Below the pieces are notes generated by a model. It had not been told where the DNA came from, searched no databases, and worked only from the letters and a program-made list of their open reading frames with translations. A program made the position numbers and the translations under genes. From assembly GCF_009914755.1 (NCBI RefSeq), contig NC_060932.1: a stretch of DNA of 64,000 nt; one strand, 5' to 3'. The DNA is from the human T2T-CHM13v2.0 reference genome, Homo sapiens. Below are positions 1-25,150 of the stretch, piece by piece; position 1 is the first letter of the stretch; each line of letters begins with the position of its first letter.

Positions 1-2105
1 TAATTCAACAATGCTGTGACTACCACAGTGAATAACTGGTGATTTTCCTTTTTGAATCTCCTCTCTCAACTCTGCCCCATAGGCTTATGAAAATCTGAAA
101 TGAACTGATTTTTCTTGCAACATCAAGTCTCTGAATTGCTAAAAGAATGAACATTCTGTACATTCTGTATTTCTCAATTTTCCATTTTTTCTACTTCATT
201 ATTTGTGACTTGTCTGAATTCACACTATGTGGTAGAAAATTAAACTTAAAATATAATTAGTGAAATGACGCATGTAACTCTGTCATGTTTTGTCAAGTGA
301 GTGAGAGAGTGAAGACACAGCCCTCTTGGTAGAGGCCAACTATTTAGTTCTGAGCAGCACAGCTGTAAATGATTGTTTTAAGTGGGGTTTGATTGAAACT
401 AATGATGCCACAGATAAGCCTAGCCACAGTTGAGCCTAAGGGTGTTAAAAAATCTGCTTAATATTAAAGAGCAATGAAAGTATGCATGATAGCTCCATTG
501 TCTAACTTTAGGCAATAAAGAGTCTCTGCAGAGAAGAAGAGACGATATTGGTAGCAAGCTGTCATGTCATTAGAAGCGGATTTTAAGGCAAAAAGTTTTT
601 GTAAACCAGCTTCCTTGCTACATATAAGGAAGTCACTGGTGAAGAAACTGGAGGGCCTCAAGATTCTACAGTTACCTCTTTCCACCTCCACCACTTCTTC
701 AGCCTAAACTTCTGGGAGAATTCAACCATTTTATGCTGCTCAGTTTGTTCGTTCCCTAGGTAGCCCTTAAGTATATTACTGCCTTATTCCAAATTTAAAG
801 GGCATAAGATACACCTTATTATCGAAAATGTATGTAAAGATACATTGCTAAATTTCCATGCAAATTCTGATTCGTTCTTAAAACTGATTAAGAATGGAGC
901 ACAGCTAACATAGGAGAACTCAAAAACGTTATGGAGGGCTGGTAGCTCTGTTTCACAGAAGTGGGCACTGTATTGTCAAGACTTAATGACCACGTTGCTA
1001 GTCTTGCTCAGGTGCACCAGGTAAATGGTGTACCACCTCTGCCTTCTTCCTGGAGGGCATCTCTACCACTTTTTGCCTCTGGCATCTCAACTTTACACAG
1101 ACTCTCCTCTGGAAATTGCCCTCTCTTCTCACTCCTACCCCCAATCCCTGAGGCTGTATTAGACATCCCTCCTTAATATTCTCTTGGTACCCCAACTCTT
1201 CCTCTTCTTCAGTTGAGCTATTGAGTTACTCTGTGAACTTCCCATGGACTCTGTAGGAAATGCACATTATTAAGACAGGGCAAAAGCTGATTCACTTCCT
1301 TCAGAAATACTTGGTTTGCACCCTCTTTCCAAATGATGACATTGTGCAATCAATGAACACAAATGTTTTTATTCAACAATAATACCTAATCTTTATCATG
1401 TTCTGGGTTTTACACACAAGGCCCTCTTTATCATAGGCTCTTAAGACTCACCTACAAGGATGCAGAATCTCAACACTCTACCTAAAAGTTCCCCCAGTGA
1501 CTTCTAGGAGTTCCCAGAGATTCTCTCACACATATGAAGATCATGTGAACTTGTATTTTTGTTTTGTTTTCACTACAGCATCCCCAACAAGGTGCCTGGC
1601 AACCACGTGTTGGATGCACCTTCTCTGCAAATGCTCCTCCACTGCTGGGGACCTGGCATCTTCCCAGGTCATGGTACCTTCAGCACCTGCCCTTCATGCA
1701 CTGGGCTCAAAACCAATGCTCAGGGCTGGGTAGCAGTGGGATAGGGACAATGGCAGCTGCTTCTTTGCTCCTATTGTCTTTATCTTCTATGTTTTCCCTC
1801 CTGGCCCCAGCACAAAATCTTTCTCTTTAGCCAAAACCGACAAACAAAACTACCCACAAAATTCTTAGCATATTGGCTCACATAGATGTGTTCCCAAAGT
1901 GGTCACCAGGTTAACAGCTCTCCAAATAGTGAGATTCAGGCATTTAAAAAGTGACATTAAGAGCCTCATGATGCACCTACACCAAGAAAAATATCATTTT
2001 CCAAAATTAAGTGAAAAATGTGTCTCAAATATTATTCATGTACGATATTTTCAAATAAACATATAAGTACACCAACCTAAAATATAATTGGAGACAGAGT
2101 TCTAA

Positions 2106-2426
<321 letters not shown>

Positions 2427-2467
2427 TAAAGTCTTATTTAAATACTGAAGGAACTCATCCTTCTTAC

Positions 2468-2630
2468 AGTTGCTGAGGCCATGGCGATTAAGCAGCTTGC
2501 TCAAGGTCAGACCACAGTTGACCAGATGAGGATGAGAAGAGGTTGCAGTTTTGCTGACTCCATTGCGAAGCTGGATTCCCCAGCTCCTGATGCACATGTC
2601 TGCTACAGCTGCTATTTTTTTGGCTTAAGT
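2468..2630. promoter_or_regulatory. Candidate photoreceptor enhancer in intron 1
   Basis: Clustered GATTAAG (CRX/OTX), TCAAGGTCA (ERR), CAGATG (E-box), TTTTGCTGAC (NRL/MAF half-site), CTATTTTTTT (MEF2-like) and GGCTTA (CRX secondary) within 160 bp of non-repeat DNA. Confidence 0.5.
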
Positions 2631-3666
2631 ATTATAATTACTTTAAACCTCTGAGGAAGAAGGAAGGGAAGACATCTAATTTCTAGGCTGATCTTCAAAT
2701 GTTTTTTTTTCTAAGTTACATTTAAATAAGATTTGCAAATCAGATTGGAGATATATGAAGAATCTTGGACAACAGCTTGCAAACATTTAAGTAGATAATT
2801 TGGGCCAGGTTTATAGCTGATTTACAATGATAAACATGCCTTTTTCCATCTCTGTATTACCAATCACATTAATTTTGTTTGTTCAATTTGTCTTCAAGGC
2901 TGCAGGACTTTCTTACTGTGTCAAAAGACACTAATAATTAAAATGATTTCAAACAATAGAAAACAGCCACAAATGAAAACAAGGCCAGAACCAGATAAAT
3001 CCTTCCACATGCTGCTCATTTGTCAGTCAAACTCCAGTTTCACTGAGAAGTGGAAAAGGAAAACCTTAGTGCTTTGCTGAAAATTACTCTTCTTGAATTC
3101 TCTCCTGAAGGTTTAACTTTAGAACTACTAGTGGGACCAGTAACCAGACTGCACCAGTTTTAGCAGCCCATAGCAATGCTGTCATTCATTCAAAGGACAT
3201 TTTTGCTTAGTGCAGTGTTTCCCAAAGTAAGATAAGTGGTGTGTGAGATGATTTGCCTGCATTTTCTCTAATAAGCGGTGGAAACATCTGACAGTATCTT
3301 AAGATGGCTCTTACTTAAGGTTCTATGTGATACATTCCTCCTAGAACTTAATGTCAAGTACATTTTCCTCCAGACAATTTGAACTTTAAAAACATTTCCT
3401 GTTTCTCCCATATTTCCTTATTGTCAGGATATGAAGGACTAAATTGATGAACTGCAAAACTCTCTTACTTTTCTCAGTGGATGGTTTCTGATTTGTGTCT
3501 CTGTTGTTTTTTAAATTGTGCAATAATACCTGCTAATTTTAAAGGTTCACAAAGTTTAGCAATGTATAAAAAACACAAATATTATCCAGAATTCTGCAAT
3601 CCAGAGATAACCACCATCAACACTGGGTTGTATATATTTCTGGACTTTTCCCCAATTCATATAACT

Positions 3667-4005
3667 CAGTCATGTGCCACATAACACTACTTTGGTCAAT
3701 GGTGGACTACCTATATGATGGTGGCCCCATAAGATTATAATACCATATTTTGACTATACCTTTTCTATGTTTAGATATGTTTAGATAACAAATTACCACT
3801 GTATTACAATGCCCTACGGTATTCAAACAGTAACATGCTGTACAGATTTATAGCCTAGGAGGAATAGGTTATTCCATAAAGCCTGGGTGTGTAGTAGGCT
3901 ATATCATCTGTTTGTGTAAGTACACTCTCTGATGTTCACACAATGATGAAATCACCTAACAATGCATTTCTCAGAACTTATCCTCCTTGTTAAGCAATGT
4001 GACTG
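3667..4005 (+). mobile_element. Tigger3a/MER7A-type TcMar MITE
   Basis: Termini cagtcatg...gtgactg(ta); internal ataagattataataccat...agcctagg...aagtacactct matches the recalled Tigger3a consensus. Confidence 0.8.
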
Positions 4006-4419
4006 TACGTATACATTTAAATCAGTGGCACAGAATGTTTTGCAAACTGATTTTTTTCACTTAGTAATATGTCATGATCATCTTTCTATGCCAAAAGATA
4101 CATCTATAAGGTCATGTTTAATGGTTGCATAGTTTTCCATTGCATGGGTGTATATGTGATAATTTATCTAGGCCCTTATTCGTGTGTTTAGGTTGTTTTT
4201 TCAAATTATACATATCCTTATTTAACAGTTTATCTCTTTTATTATAAGTTCCTTAAAATTGTCGTTCAAAATTGATAGGTATAATGAATGAATAAATGAA
4301 TGAAAGAATAAACTTCTGTGAATATCCTGGATGTCTGCAGCTATATTTAGCATGCATTAGTATTACCATGTATTCGCTATGGTGCTGTGATTCTGGAGAT
4401 AATTTTCTTTCTTCTCTAG

Positions 4420-5075
<656 letters not shown>

Positions 5076-5581
5076 AGCTCATTTTGAGCACCCTACTAAT
5101 TGGATTCGTGTGGGATATGAATGGTGGCCCCCGGGAAGGAAATCTTCCTTCCTCCCTGCCTGTGTATGTGAGTGTGTGTGCTCCGATGCTGCCTTTGTTC
5201 CTTTGTCAGAATCTGACTGGAATCTCATCTTTCCCTCATGCTACCTACCCCTTTCTCTCTTCCCTGAGCCCTGAGTTACATAATGTTTTCACATGGAATC
5301 CAATCTTGATAATATTTTTTGGAAAGGAGTGGCAAAGAGTAGTATTTTCACAGAGGAAGCATTTTCCTGGGATCCCTGCTGGGACGTAACTGACTCCCCC
5401 ACCCAACCTTGACATTTGGTATTTCCGCTTATTTTGTATACACCATTGGTGCCTAAGAAAATGCTCAGTGATGATGTCTTTCAAGCCTAGGAGGTTGTTG
5501 ATTTGATTCAAGCAAAGTTATAAAATTACCACTTAGTATAAAATGTGCTCATCTCAGGATAATGACTCTGGTCTCTTTTAG

Positions 5582-5773
<192 letters not shown>

Positions 5774-6934
5774 TAGCCCATATTTTTAGCCCTGAGATTT
5801 TTTTTGCCTCAAGGACGGCAAAATCCATGCTTCAATGACCAGTTTCTTCCACCACAGAAACGAAAAGGAGAGGATTTAAAAACATTCTAAACTGAAATTG
5901 GCTATATTTATAGTTGGAAAGAGTCATAGATATTATCTATTTTTTAGACTTTTCCAAATCAATGGTATGCCTATTTAAATTGATGATGTGTGCTTTTTTG
6001 CATAAAATACCTAGTTAAAAAAATAAAAATGCCAGCATTTCTTGCTTTAGAGTGGAGTCTGTGTAAGTCTCTTCTCTGGTAGTTGCGGAGTTTTCTCTAA
6101 ATAGTACCATGCAGCATCCATAGCTGACCTCAGCAGGTTAGCAGAATGACTGTATTTTTTCAAATCTACGCTATGTGCTCTGCCTTCTGAAGTTATTCCT
6201 AAAAAAATCACAGGTTCTTAGATCCACATTTTATTTATTAAATAAAAGGTTCATGCAACCAATTCATGCTGGTTAATGGTAATGTAGGTTGATAATTCTG
6301 TAGGATCTGCTGTGTAGCATTATCCTTTGGATAGGGGAGGAAGAGGGCCTCTTCAGGCCCAGGGATGTGGGATAAGCTGTAAATTGCCTATACAGCATGG
6401 CTAATCTCATTATTCATTATACTCAGTATTTCCAGGGAAGACAAGCTCTTTGCTAGAGTACTGATTGTTTTTTATACTTAAATTTAAGTTTTTATTCTCT
6501 TTAGACTTGGATAATATGTATTTTAAATAGTATTAATCTCTCTACTTATTGCTAATGTGGGTGAAACTAATCCATTGTTGTTTAATGATTTCATGGATAT
6601 ATTCAATAGATAATTATTAATGCTTCTATTTTGTAAGCATTAGGTTGCCACATATATGTTATAAATATGGTAGTGCTATTTCACGTTTGTCATTTTACTA
6701 AAATGATTTTATTATCTTATGTCTGATACAGATTGCCGAGTATGGTTTCTGATGACTGCAGGGAATCTGAGGGCTTTGTTAAGTTTTCTTCAAAAATTTG
6801 AGACACTTTGATTTACAATTTAAGTAAAAGCATATCAAAAATAAGAAAAAATATTTCTAGGTTTATACTCTGCAACATTAAAGGGGCTTACCTGATGGCA
6901 AGTATGTGCAAATCTATATAGATTTGCTAACAGG

Positions 6935-7066
6935 ATTTTTTTTTTTTCTTTTTGAGATGGGGTCTCACTATGTTACCCAGGCTGTTATGATGGGCTCAAG
7001 TGATCACCCGCCTCAGCCTCCCAAAGTGCTGGGATTACAGATGTGAGCCATTGCGTCCAGCCCAGG
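6935..7066 (-). mobile_element. FLAM/Alu monomer
   Basis: T tract then gagatggggtctcactatgtt...cccaaagtgctgggattacag; single monomer. Confidence 0.85.
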
Positions 7067-7624
7067 CATTTTGACTGAATTTAAGAAGCAAGAGTGCCAA
7101 GGTTAATGCTGAAGATACATGTTAAAAAGATAACTGATATCTGGACTTATGTCTAGCTCTGTTCTCTCTTGTGCCCTATATTAAGTCAGCTGCAACGATT
7201 ATACAAAGTGCATGCTAAATAATTAGTACTTGATTAATTCAGTCTGAATCATAAAATGTTTCTGCTTTCATAAAGCTATGGATACCTGTTTTGATATGTG
7301 TAGGTGGGAAGATGAATACCATCATAAATTGTTGGCTGCCTTGTTTGAATAGGTAAGCGGTATTTGGTTAGACTCCAGTTTCAGTACTGGTAAACAAAAC
7401 AACGAAATGAAAACCCACAAAAAACTTTTATCTTTGGTAGAATTCTTAGCACTTTTTACTTTATACATTTTTAAAATTAAAATTACCTTATTAAACTTGT
7501 TAAAATTCTCTGAACCTCCACATTGAAATTGAGGTAGAATTAGAGATCTCTTCTAAAGAGTGGTTTGAAGAAATGTACCACTGTTATAGTAGGTTTTCTC
7601 AAATAACTATTGGGAAAACACATA

Positions 7625-7977
<353 letters not shown>

Positions 7978-8072
7978 TTACTATGAAATACAGAAAATAT
8001 GCTACTTTTCATACTAATCATTTCCCCTTTTCTCTTTCTTTTTTTGCTGCCTCTTCCTTTGGATATTTCTAA

Positions 8073-13817
<5,745 letters not shown>

Positions 13818-14191
13818 TTTCAATATCAGCACACTCATTCTTTGTCAATTCATTTTTTCCCATGAGATGAAGCACATGTGACGAATACGGACTAGATAAC
13901 CTCTAAGAATTTTCCACTTCTTCAAAATGAACTTACTCTAGAAAGCTTACCCTTGGATAACCAGTTTGACTTTCATAATGTCTCTGTTTTTTGTTTTTCC
14001 AACAATTACAGACTCAGGTTCTCTTATTTTGGAAGTTTCTATCTGGTTTTGTTCTGAACTTACATTTTTTTTTTTTTTGGTATCTATGATTTTTTTTGCT
14101 CAGGGCATCAAAATGTGCTAAGGACAAGAATTATATCCTTTTTAAAAAATGTTGTTAGCTTGGTGTAAAATGTATATTGACTGTATTGGTG

Positions 14192-14197
14192 AATAAA
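14192..14197 (+). terminator. RP1: Polyadenylation signal AATAAA in the exon-4 3' UTR
   Basis: First AATAAA after the stop (about 375 nt downstream), with UGUA motifs upstream and U-rich sequence downstream. The exact cleavage site is not visible. Confidence 0.7.
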
Positions 14198-14889
14198 TTG
14201 AATAGACATAACCTCAAAGTACTTCACTTATTCTTTTTAACTACTGATTTGATAAAAAGTATGATTATAAGATATCCACGACAATCTCATAGTTTCTTGT
14301 GCCAAATATGTTGAGTCCAGTTCCTCAGAATATCCAGTGAAATTGCAAGCATTTCCATGGGACAGGATTTAGTGTTTTTCTAATAGACTAGACTATCAAG
14401 TATCAATTGGTTTGAATAATTGTGGTGTATTTCCCAGGAGTTAACCAGGAAAGCTTTTAAGAGTCCTTCCACTGCATGACTATATGATGATATAGAAACA
14501 AGTCTTAGGAAACTTGGAAATCTATGCCTCTTGTCTACAACTAACTCAAATTAGAATGATCAGTATTTTTGGAGCCACACATGGAGATGCTAAAATAACA
14601 TAAATTTGGCATTGAGGAACAAAAGGTAATTAAATTAATTACATCAAGAATAATGTTGGTGTCAGTTCAGCATGAGTCATAAATTCATAAAAATTATGAA
14701 TTGCTACTTCATCAGCTGGAGACTACTTCTATGTAGAGTATGCTTTTTAAAAAAACATTAAGTGATGCTTTCTTTTAGTGAAAATATGGAAGCTATAATG
14801 TTATGTAAGTTTCTGTAGTAAGCAATGAGAAATTGTAGTGAATGAAAGGGCACAAAGTTTTGGAGAAAAAATAGAAAGGAGAAAATAAT

Positions 14890-15115
14890 TTACATTAATT
14901 TTGTGCCTACTGTGTACCAGGGACTGTGGTACACCTGCAGGCTTTTTGTGTGTAATTCTTCCTCATAAAAGCACTGTGAATGTGGCTTTATTACTTCCCC
15001 TGCATTTTTTTTTTTTTTAAGTAGAGAAGTTAGGAGCAAAAGGTAAAGGACTTTCATGACTGGTTTACAGTAGGGTATCATGCCAGGATTTGAACCCAGT
15101 TCTTTGTGCTTGAAA
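14890..15115. mobile_element. MIR SINE remnant
   Basis: ctactgtgtaccagggactg...gccaggatttgaacccag MIR core motifs. Confidence 0.6.
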
Positions 15116-15134
15116 ATCAATGCTCTTTTTACTA

Positions 15135-15262
15135 CTTTTTTTTTTTTAAAGCTGATTCTCAGTATGTTTCACAGGCTGGTTTTGAACTCCTGGGCTCAAA
15201 TGATCCTCCATCCTCAGCTTCTCAAGTAGGTGGGACTGCAGGCACACGCCACTGCGCTGGGC
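15135..15262 (-). mobile_element. FLAM/Alu monomer
   Basis: T tract, gaactcctgggctcaaatgatcctcc...gggactgcaggcacacgccactg. Confidence 0.8.
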
Positions 15263-15310
15263 ATCCTACATTTTTATCATTGTTTTCATGTGAGGAAGAA
15301 GGGATAAGAT

Positions 15311-15605
<295 letters not shown>

Positions 15606-17174
15606 AGGGATAAGATATTTAAAAAAAAATTACCACTCATTCTCTAGTGCAGGGAGACAAGGAAAGAATTTTTCTTTTTAATTTGGAAGGTGTGAAATAT
15701 AGATATACCCAAGAAGATTGAGGAAATCATTTATAAAAACCAGGAGGTTTCAAGAAATATGGCATGCAGTATGTAGTTTTTGGCAATACTATTACACCAA
15801 ACAGTGTCCTTCATGCATCATAATTGGGAGAAGCTGGAGTGACAACCATGAATTAGTAATGCATGGGACTGTGTAACATACTTCTTCTTTAAACATACTT
15901 CTTTAAAGTGAACGTGTTCACATGCATTGAATTCTGAGATCTTGGGCCACATCTTATTCACAGAGCTAGCTTCGTACTTGGTACATGGTAAGTACCTAAT
16001 AAATGTGTGTTAAATGGATAAGAAGTGCATTTGAAGGCATTTAATTTTTCTTTACCTCTTACTAATTTCAGATCCATACATGTAGAAGGATGTGCAAATA
16101 TGCTGAAGGATAGAACTCAGTTTTTTGTATTTTTTTTAGTTTTTTTATATTTTACGAAAGCAGTATTTTAGTTATCCTTAAAATGTCTGTAAAGATGATT
16201 TTTTCTTTTAAGCATTCAAAGCATGTTTTTAGTTTTGCAAGATTTATATTTAAAAAATCTTGTCACACTGTGAAATTTAGAAGAGTAAGTGAAACTTTAG
16301 AGGAAATTTAAGGATATTATAGAGAGCTAGCTTTTGCTTTAGAGATGAAGTACCTGAAGGGCTGAGTATGGAAGTGTAGCCTCCCTTACTCAGGGGAAGA
16401 TATGTAGAATTCAGTCTCTGGTCCCAAGGTGGAGTGGTGAAATTATTGTGTTTTGCCCACCAGATGGCAGCTGTGCTATGCGCTGCCAAAAGTTCAGGCA
16501 CTCTGAGAGGCTTGCATGGATAAAGGCAATGCTTTAAGCATTGGGGCAGTCTCTGAGCTTCCTGCTTCTGCTTCAAAGAAAGCTGAATGCCCAACTGTGC
16601 AGGCATCCCCCAAATATTAAACCCGGAAGAAGCAGGAGTGTTCAGAATTAAAATAAATATACTATTAGTATATTTAGTAGCAAGGAGCAGAAGTTCAAAA
16701 GTAGAGGCACTCAAAAATGCCAGCTGTCAAGAATCATCAGAGTTGATTCCAAGGAAAGCCCAATTTGGGGACTATGGGACCCAACAAAATTCCCTAATTC
16801 AAGCTGAAACTAAGTTAATGAGCTATTGGTTCAGTGGATAGGGGTAATTTTTACATGACACTTTCAAATATTATAATGTAACTTTTCAGTGGCACAAAAC
16901 ATGCCTCATTTTTCAGAGTGTAAACTGAGGTATTGAAACTACATTCCATATTTGTGGCACTCATTAAAGTTCTTATGAAGAGCTACCTTATAAGGTGGTT
17001 GTGAGAGGATCACTAGAGAAAATACTTGTAAAACTCTTAGCACAGAGTTTGGCACACAGTGTTAAACATGTTTTAGCTATTTTTCTTTAAAAAGCCATTA
17101 GTGTGAATACGTTTGATACACTTTTCAAAGTTGGTGTTCTTCTGACCAAGATGTATTTTAGCTTTATTTTGTGC

Positions 17175-17226
<52 letters not shown>
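17175..17226. repeat. Compound (CT)n(AT)n microsatellite
   Basis: Perfect ctct... run followed by an atat... run. Confidence 0.95.
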
Positions 17227-17231
<5 letters not shown>

Positions 17232-18265
17232 GTAATATTTTCAACATTTAGTCATATAGCCCTTCACAAAAGTGAAGGTGACAAACAGTTTGAGCCCCTG
17301 CTCTGTGCCAAATATTGGGCTAAGTTCTTTATGTGTATTATCTTAGTCCTCACGAGAACCCTCTCGATGGGTAACAGTACCTTTAATGTAGCAGGAAGGG
17401 GACTAAAACTCACAGAGGCTAGTAAAGAAGCACTTTTACTTTAATATCTGTATTCGATTCTCATAAAAAGTCCTGAGTTTTGTGGTTTGATACTCTATGT
17501 ACAGATCTACCCTGAAAACAAAATGACTTTCTATTCCCTGTTTATTGAGGTTAAGAAGGATTCCATTACTGCCCAGGGTTCTTTTAATCCAAAGTACTTA
17601 CCATTTTTCCTACTATTCTACGCTCTTGTCCATTAAGGTATTAAAGGATAATTGTTTTTAAAAGCAAAATCATGAATTCCATATAGATATAACATGACCA
17701 TGTGCCAAAGATTGTATTTAACTTACAAATTACATAGGGAATTATTAACATATACAATGGGCTGAAGGAAGAATTTAAAGTATCACTAAAAATAAGCAAT
17801 AAGAAATGCTGAAATGAATTTGGGTCTGTCCAGGACAAAAATTACATTCCCTGGACACCACCAATTTATATTTCTATGGACAAGAATAGTTTGCATTATC
17901 TGTGTTTTTACAATTTGCAGGATTATCAGATAATTTAAAGATAATGAAAAAACAGAGATAACCCCAAGAGGGCTTGATAAGGCACTTAGTAATTTCTTTT
18001 TTGTCCATTTCAAGGTATTTCACAGTTTTTTTCCTAAAAGGGTTTATCTTCCAGTAACTTAAGTGCTAAGTTATTAAGGGACTATTCCCAAGTCATGGCA
18101 AAGAATGTATGACCAAAAAGCTTTTGAAAATTAAGCAACAAAACAGCAAACCTTCAAACAGAGACAAGTACTATGTTTGATGGTTTAGAGAAGATACGTT
18201 CATCTTGTTCTAGACAAAAATTAGTAAACAATTCCCATCATGGACTTTAGATGTAATATACAATG

Positions 18266-18634
<369 letters not shown>

Positions 18635-19139
18635 CTATGCATAGATATTTCATATATTAATGTTTACTTTTTGATTCATACACAGATTATCATAACAATC
18701 AGTAACAGCAAGAACAAAAAACAAAGGTCAATGGAGTAGAAATCATTTAGCTGCTTTTCATCTTGAGAATAGTTCTTTTCTTCTGTAACACTAATGTTGA
18801 TAAATGGCTGCAGTCTACAGACTACTACTTACGTAAGACTGCTTAAAGCTCAGGTGAATCAATACAACCAAGTAAATTAAGATAGGATGGTAGGTTCATG
18901 GGAAAACATGACTTGTACATCACAGGAATTCATTATATTGAGAGTGAAAGTGGTTAGTGAGAAATGGGTGATACAAAGCTAAACACTATATTTATGTTCA
19001 TATATATGAATATTCATATATATATTTATAAGTTTATTTAATGTAGTTGCTGCCTCAGCATCCATTTTTAGGATTGACATAATATTTGAAATTTAGTCCT
19101 ACTTTGTCACCTTTGGCTTAGTTAAAAGCTTACTTTCCC

Positions 19140-20223
<1,084 letters not shown>

Positions 20224-20879
20224 CACACTTGCATACATATGTATCCCATTTATTCTCATGGATGTGGTATAGAGAATCCAAAAGAATAATTTCATGTCAT
20301 TTAAATGACATTGGAGTTTGTTTTAGACATATATTTCAATATAGGTCTGTTAGTGGAAATTCTCAGTCAAAAAGACATTATATGAAGAATAACTAGGACC
20401 AAGAGAAAGTTCTCTAGATTTGTTATTTTATGCCTTTGCTTACTTTCTCCCTGTTCACCTATTAGTTTGCACCAGTCTGCACAATGGGCTCTGTCCTGTC
20501 ACCCTTCCAGGAGGCATGGTGTAGCATAGCATTATGGAGATTGTCTGGTGCTCTTCCTTCAGCAGGTTGATGTTGAGGTTAGCCTTGTATGCCCTGTTCG
20601 GTATCCTGCTAGGAACTTGTGGACCTCATCTGGATCAACAGATAGAGTCTCATGAAATATCTGGTTGTCATGAAATGTCAAAGTATGTAGAGTGCTATGT
20701 AATAGCTCGATAGGACTGATTGAACTCCTGGGTGGTCCTGAGTGGGTTAGGAAAGGGGTCCACAGTGAGTGCCTAGCTGGACAAGTCTCTGCATACAGCT
20801 GACCACCTAGGCATTAAGAGCCAGAACCACACAGTAGACCTGCACTGGCAGGCTATCCAGCATAGAAGTTTTACTTTTT

Positions 20880-23935
<3,056 letters not shown>

Positions 23936-24427
23936 AAACTGCTAAACCAGCAGCTGGAGAGTAAAGCTTTGAATGCCTAGCTTGGAACTTCCCCCTGCTG
24001 TGTAAATTTTTATCTATGCCAGAAAAGTAGCCTTGGGCCTTATATTCCTGGGTGAAAAGAGAGACCATAGAAGATGGAGTCAAGTCGGCTGGTGCTTAGA
24101 TTCAACATGCAGAAGAGTCCTAGAGAGAACTACACACAATGACCCTGCCCATCTGTAAAGCAGTCCATCATTACCTTGGACACTCAAATTGGTATTTTGC
24201 TACTTTAGGTTTTTCTGGCCTGAAAAGAGAAACAGTTATCTTCCATTAGTTCTGTATCTTATACTACTTAGAAGTTACTTATTTTATGGCTACTTCTGAT
24301 TTCACACAATCTTTTTCAAACAACGGTGGCTAAGATTGAACACTCTTATTGCCTTGCTTGGAGTTTGATTTCCATGGTTTAATCCCAAGTATTTGTGATT
24401 TATATTTGCCCACCAATATAAATCTCC

Positions 24428-24712
24428 TTTTTTTTTTTTTTTTTTGAGACAGAGTCTTGCCGTGTTGCCCAGGCTGGAGTGTAGTCACTGCTAGCTCCTC
24501 CTCCCGGGTTCACACCATTCTCCTTCCTCAGCCTCCTGAGTAGCTGGGACTACAGGCACCCGCCACCACGCCTGGCTAATTTTTTGTACTTTTTAGTAGA
24601 GACGGGGTTTCACTGTGTTAGTCAGGATGGTCTCGATCTCCTGACCTTGTGATCTGCCCTCCTCAGCCTCCTGAAGTGCTGGGATTACAGGCGTGAGCCA
24701 CTGCGTCCGGCC
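24428..24712 (-). mobile_element. AluSc8/Y-like element with a small internal deletion
   Basis: Reverse Alu lacking about 15 nt after ggagtgtagt; imperfect TSD ataa(a/t)tctcctt. Confidence 0.9.
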
Positions 24713-24964
24713 ATAATTCTCCTTATAGACACCATTGTAATCCAGTGGCTACATACCTATATCATGAAGGCTGATCCTTTTCTGTTTCTTTTTATTGTTA
24801 TGTATATGAATTGCAATCACTCAGGCATGTAGACAGACACAGGCACTATTTCTCTAATTTTGTATATTAGGAGATTAATTTCCATTTATATAATAAATTT
24901 GTCCTCTGAAATTTCCAAGGTTGATAACAGTTTTTACATGTAATTCTTAAGTAGCTTAATTAAT

Positions 24965-25150
24965 TAGCTTCTCAACTTTTTTTTCTGTTATTGCCTCCTG
25001 CTAATGAGAGAAATTAAATACTAAGGAATAATGTTTTGCCAGATAGCACTGAGTTTAGAGGGCCCCAAACCATTGTATATTTAAGCTTTTTTGCCCTCCA
25101 AAAACCAGTTTTTGTCCTTTGGGATTAATATTGCTCTCATGAGAATGCGT
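24965..25150. mobile_element. hAT-Charlie MITE (Charlie4z-like)
   Basis: aaattaaatactaaggaata...gagggccccaaaccattgta...gagaatgc recalled motif. Confidence 0.5.

Noticed and set aside
16277-16841. 145-aa (-) and 84-aa (+) ORFs
   Set aside because: No recognisable domain, splice context or codon signal; likely chance ORFs.
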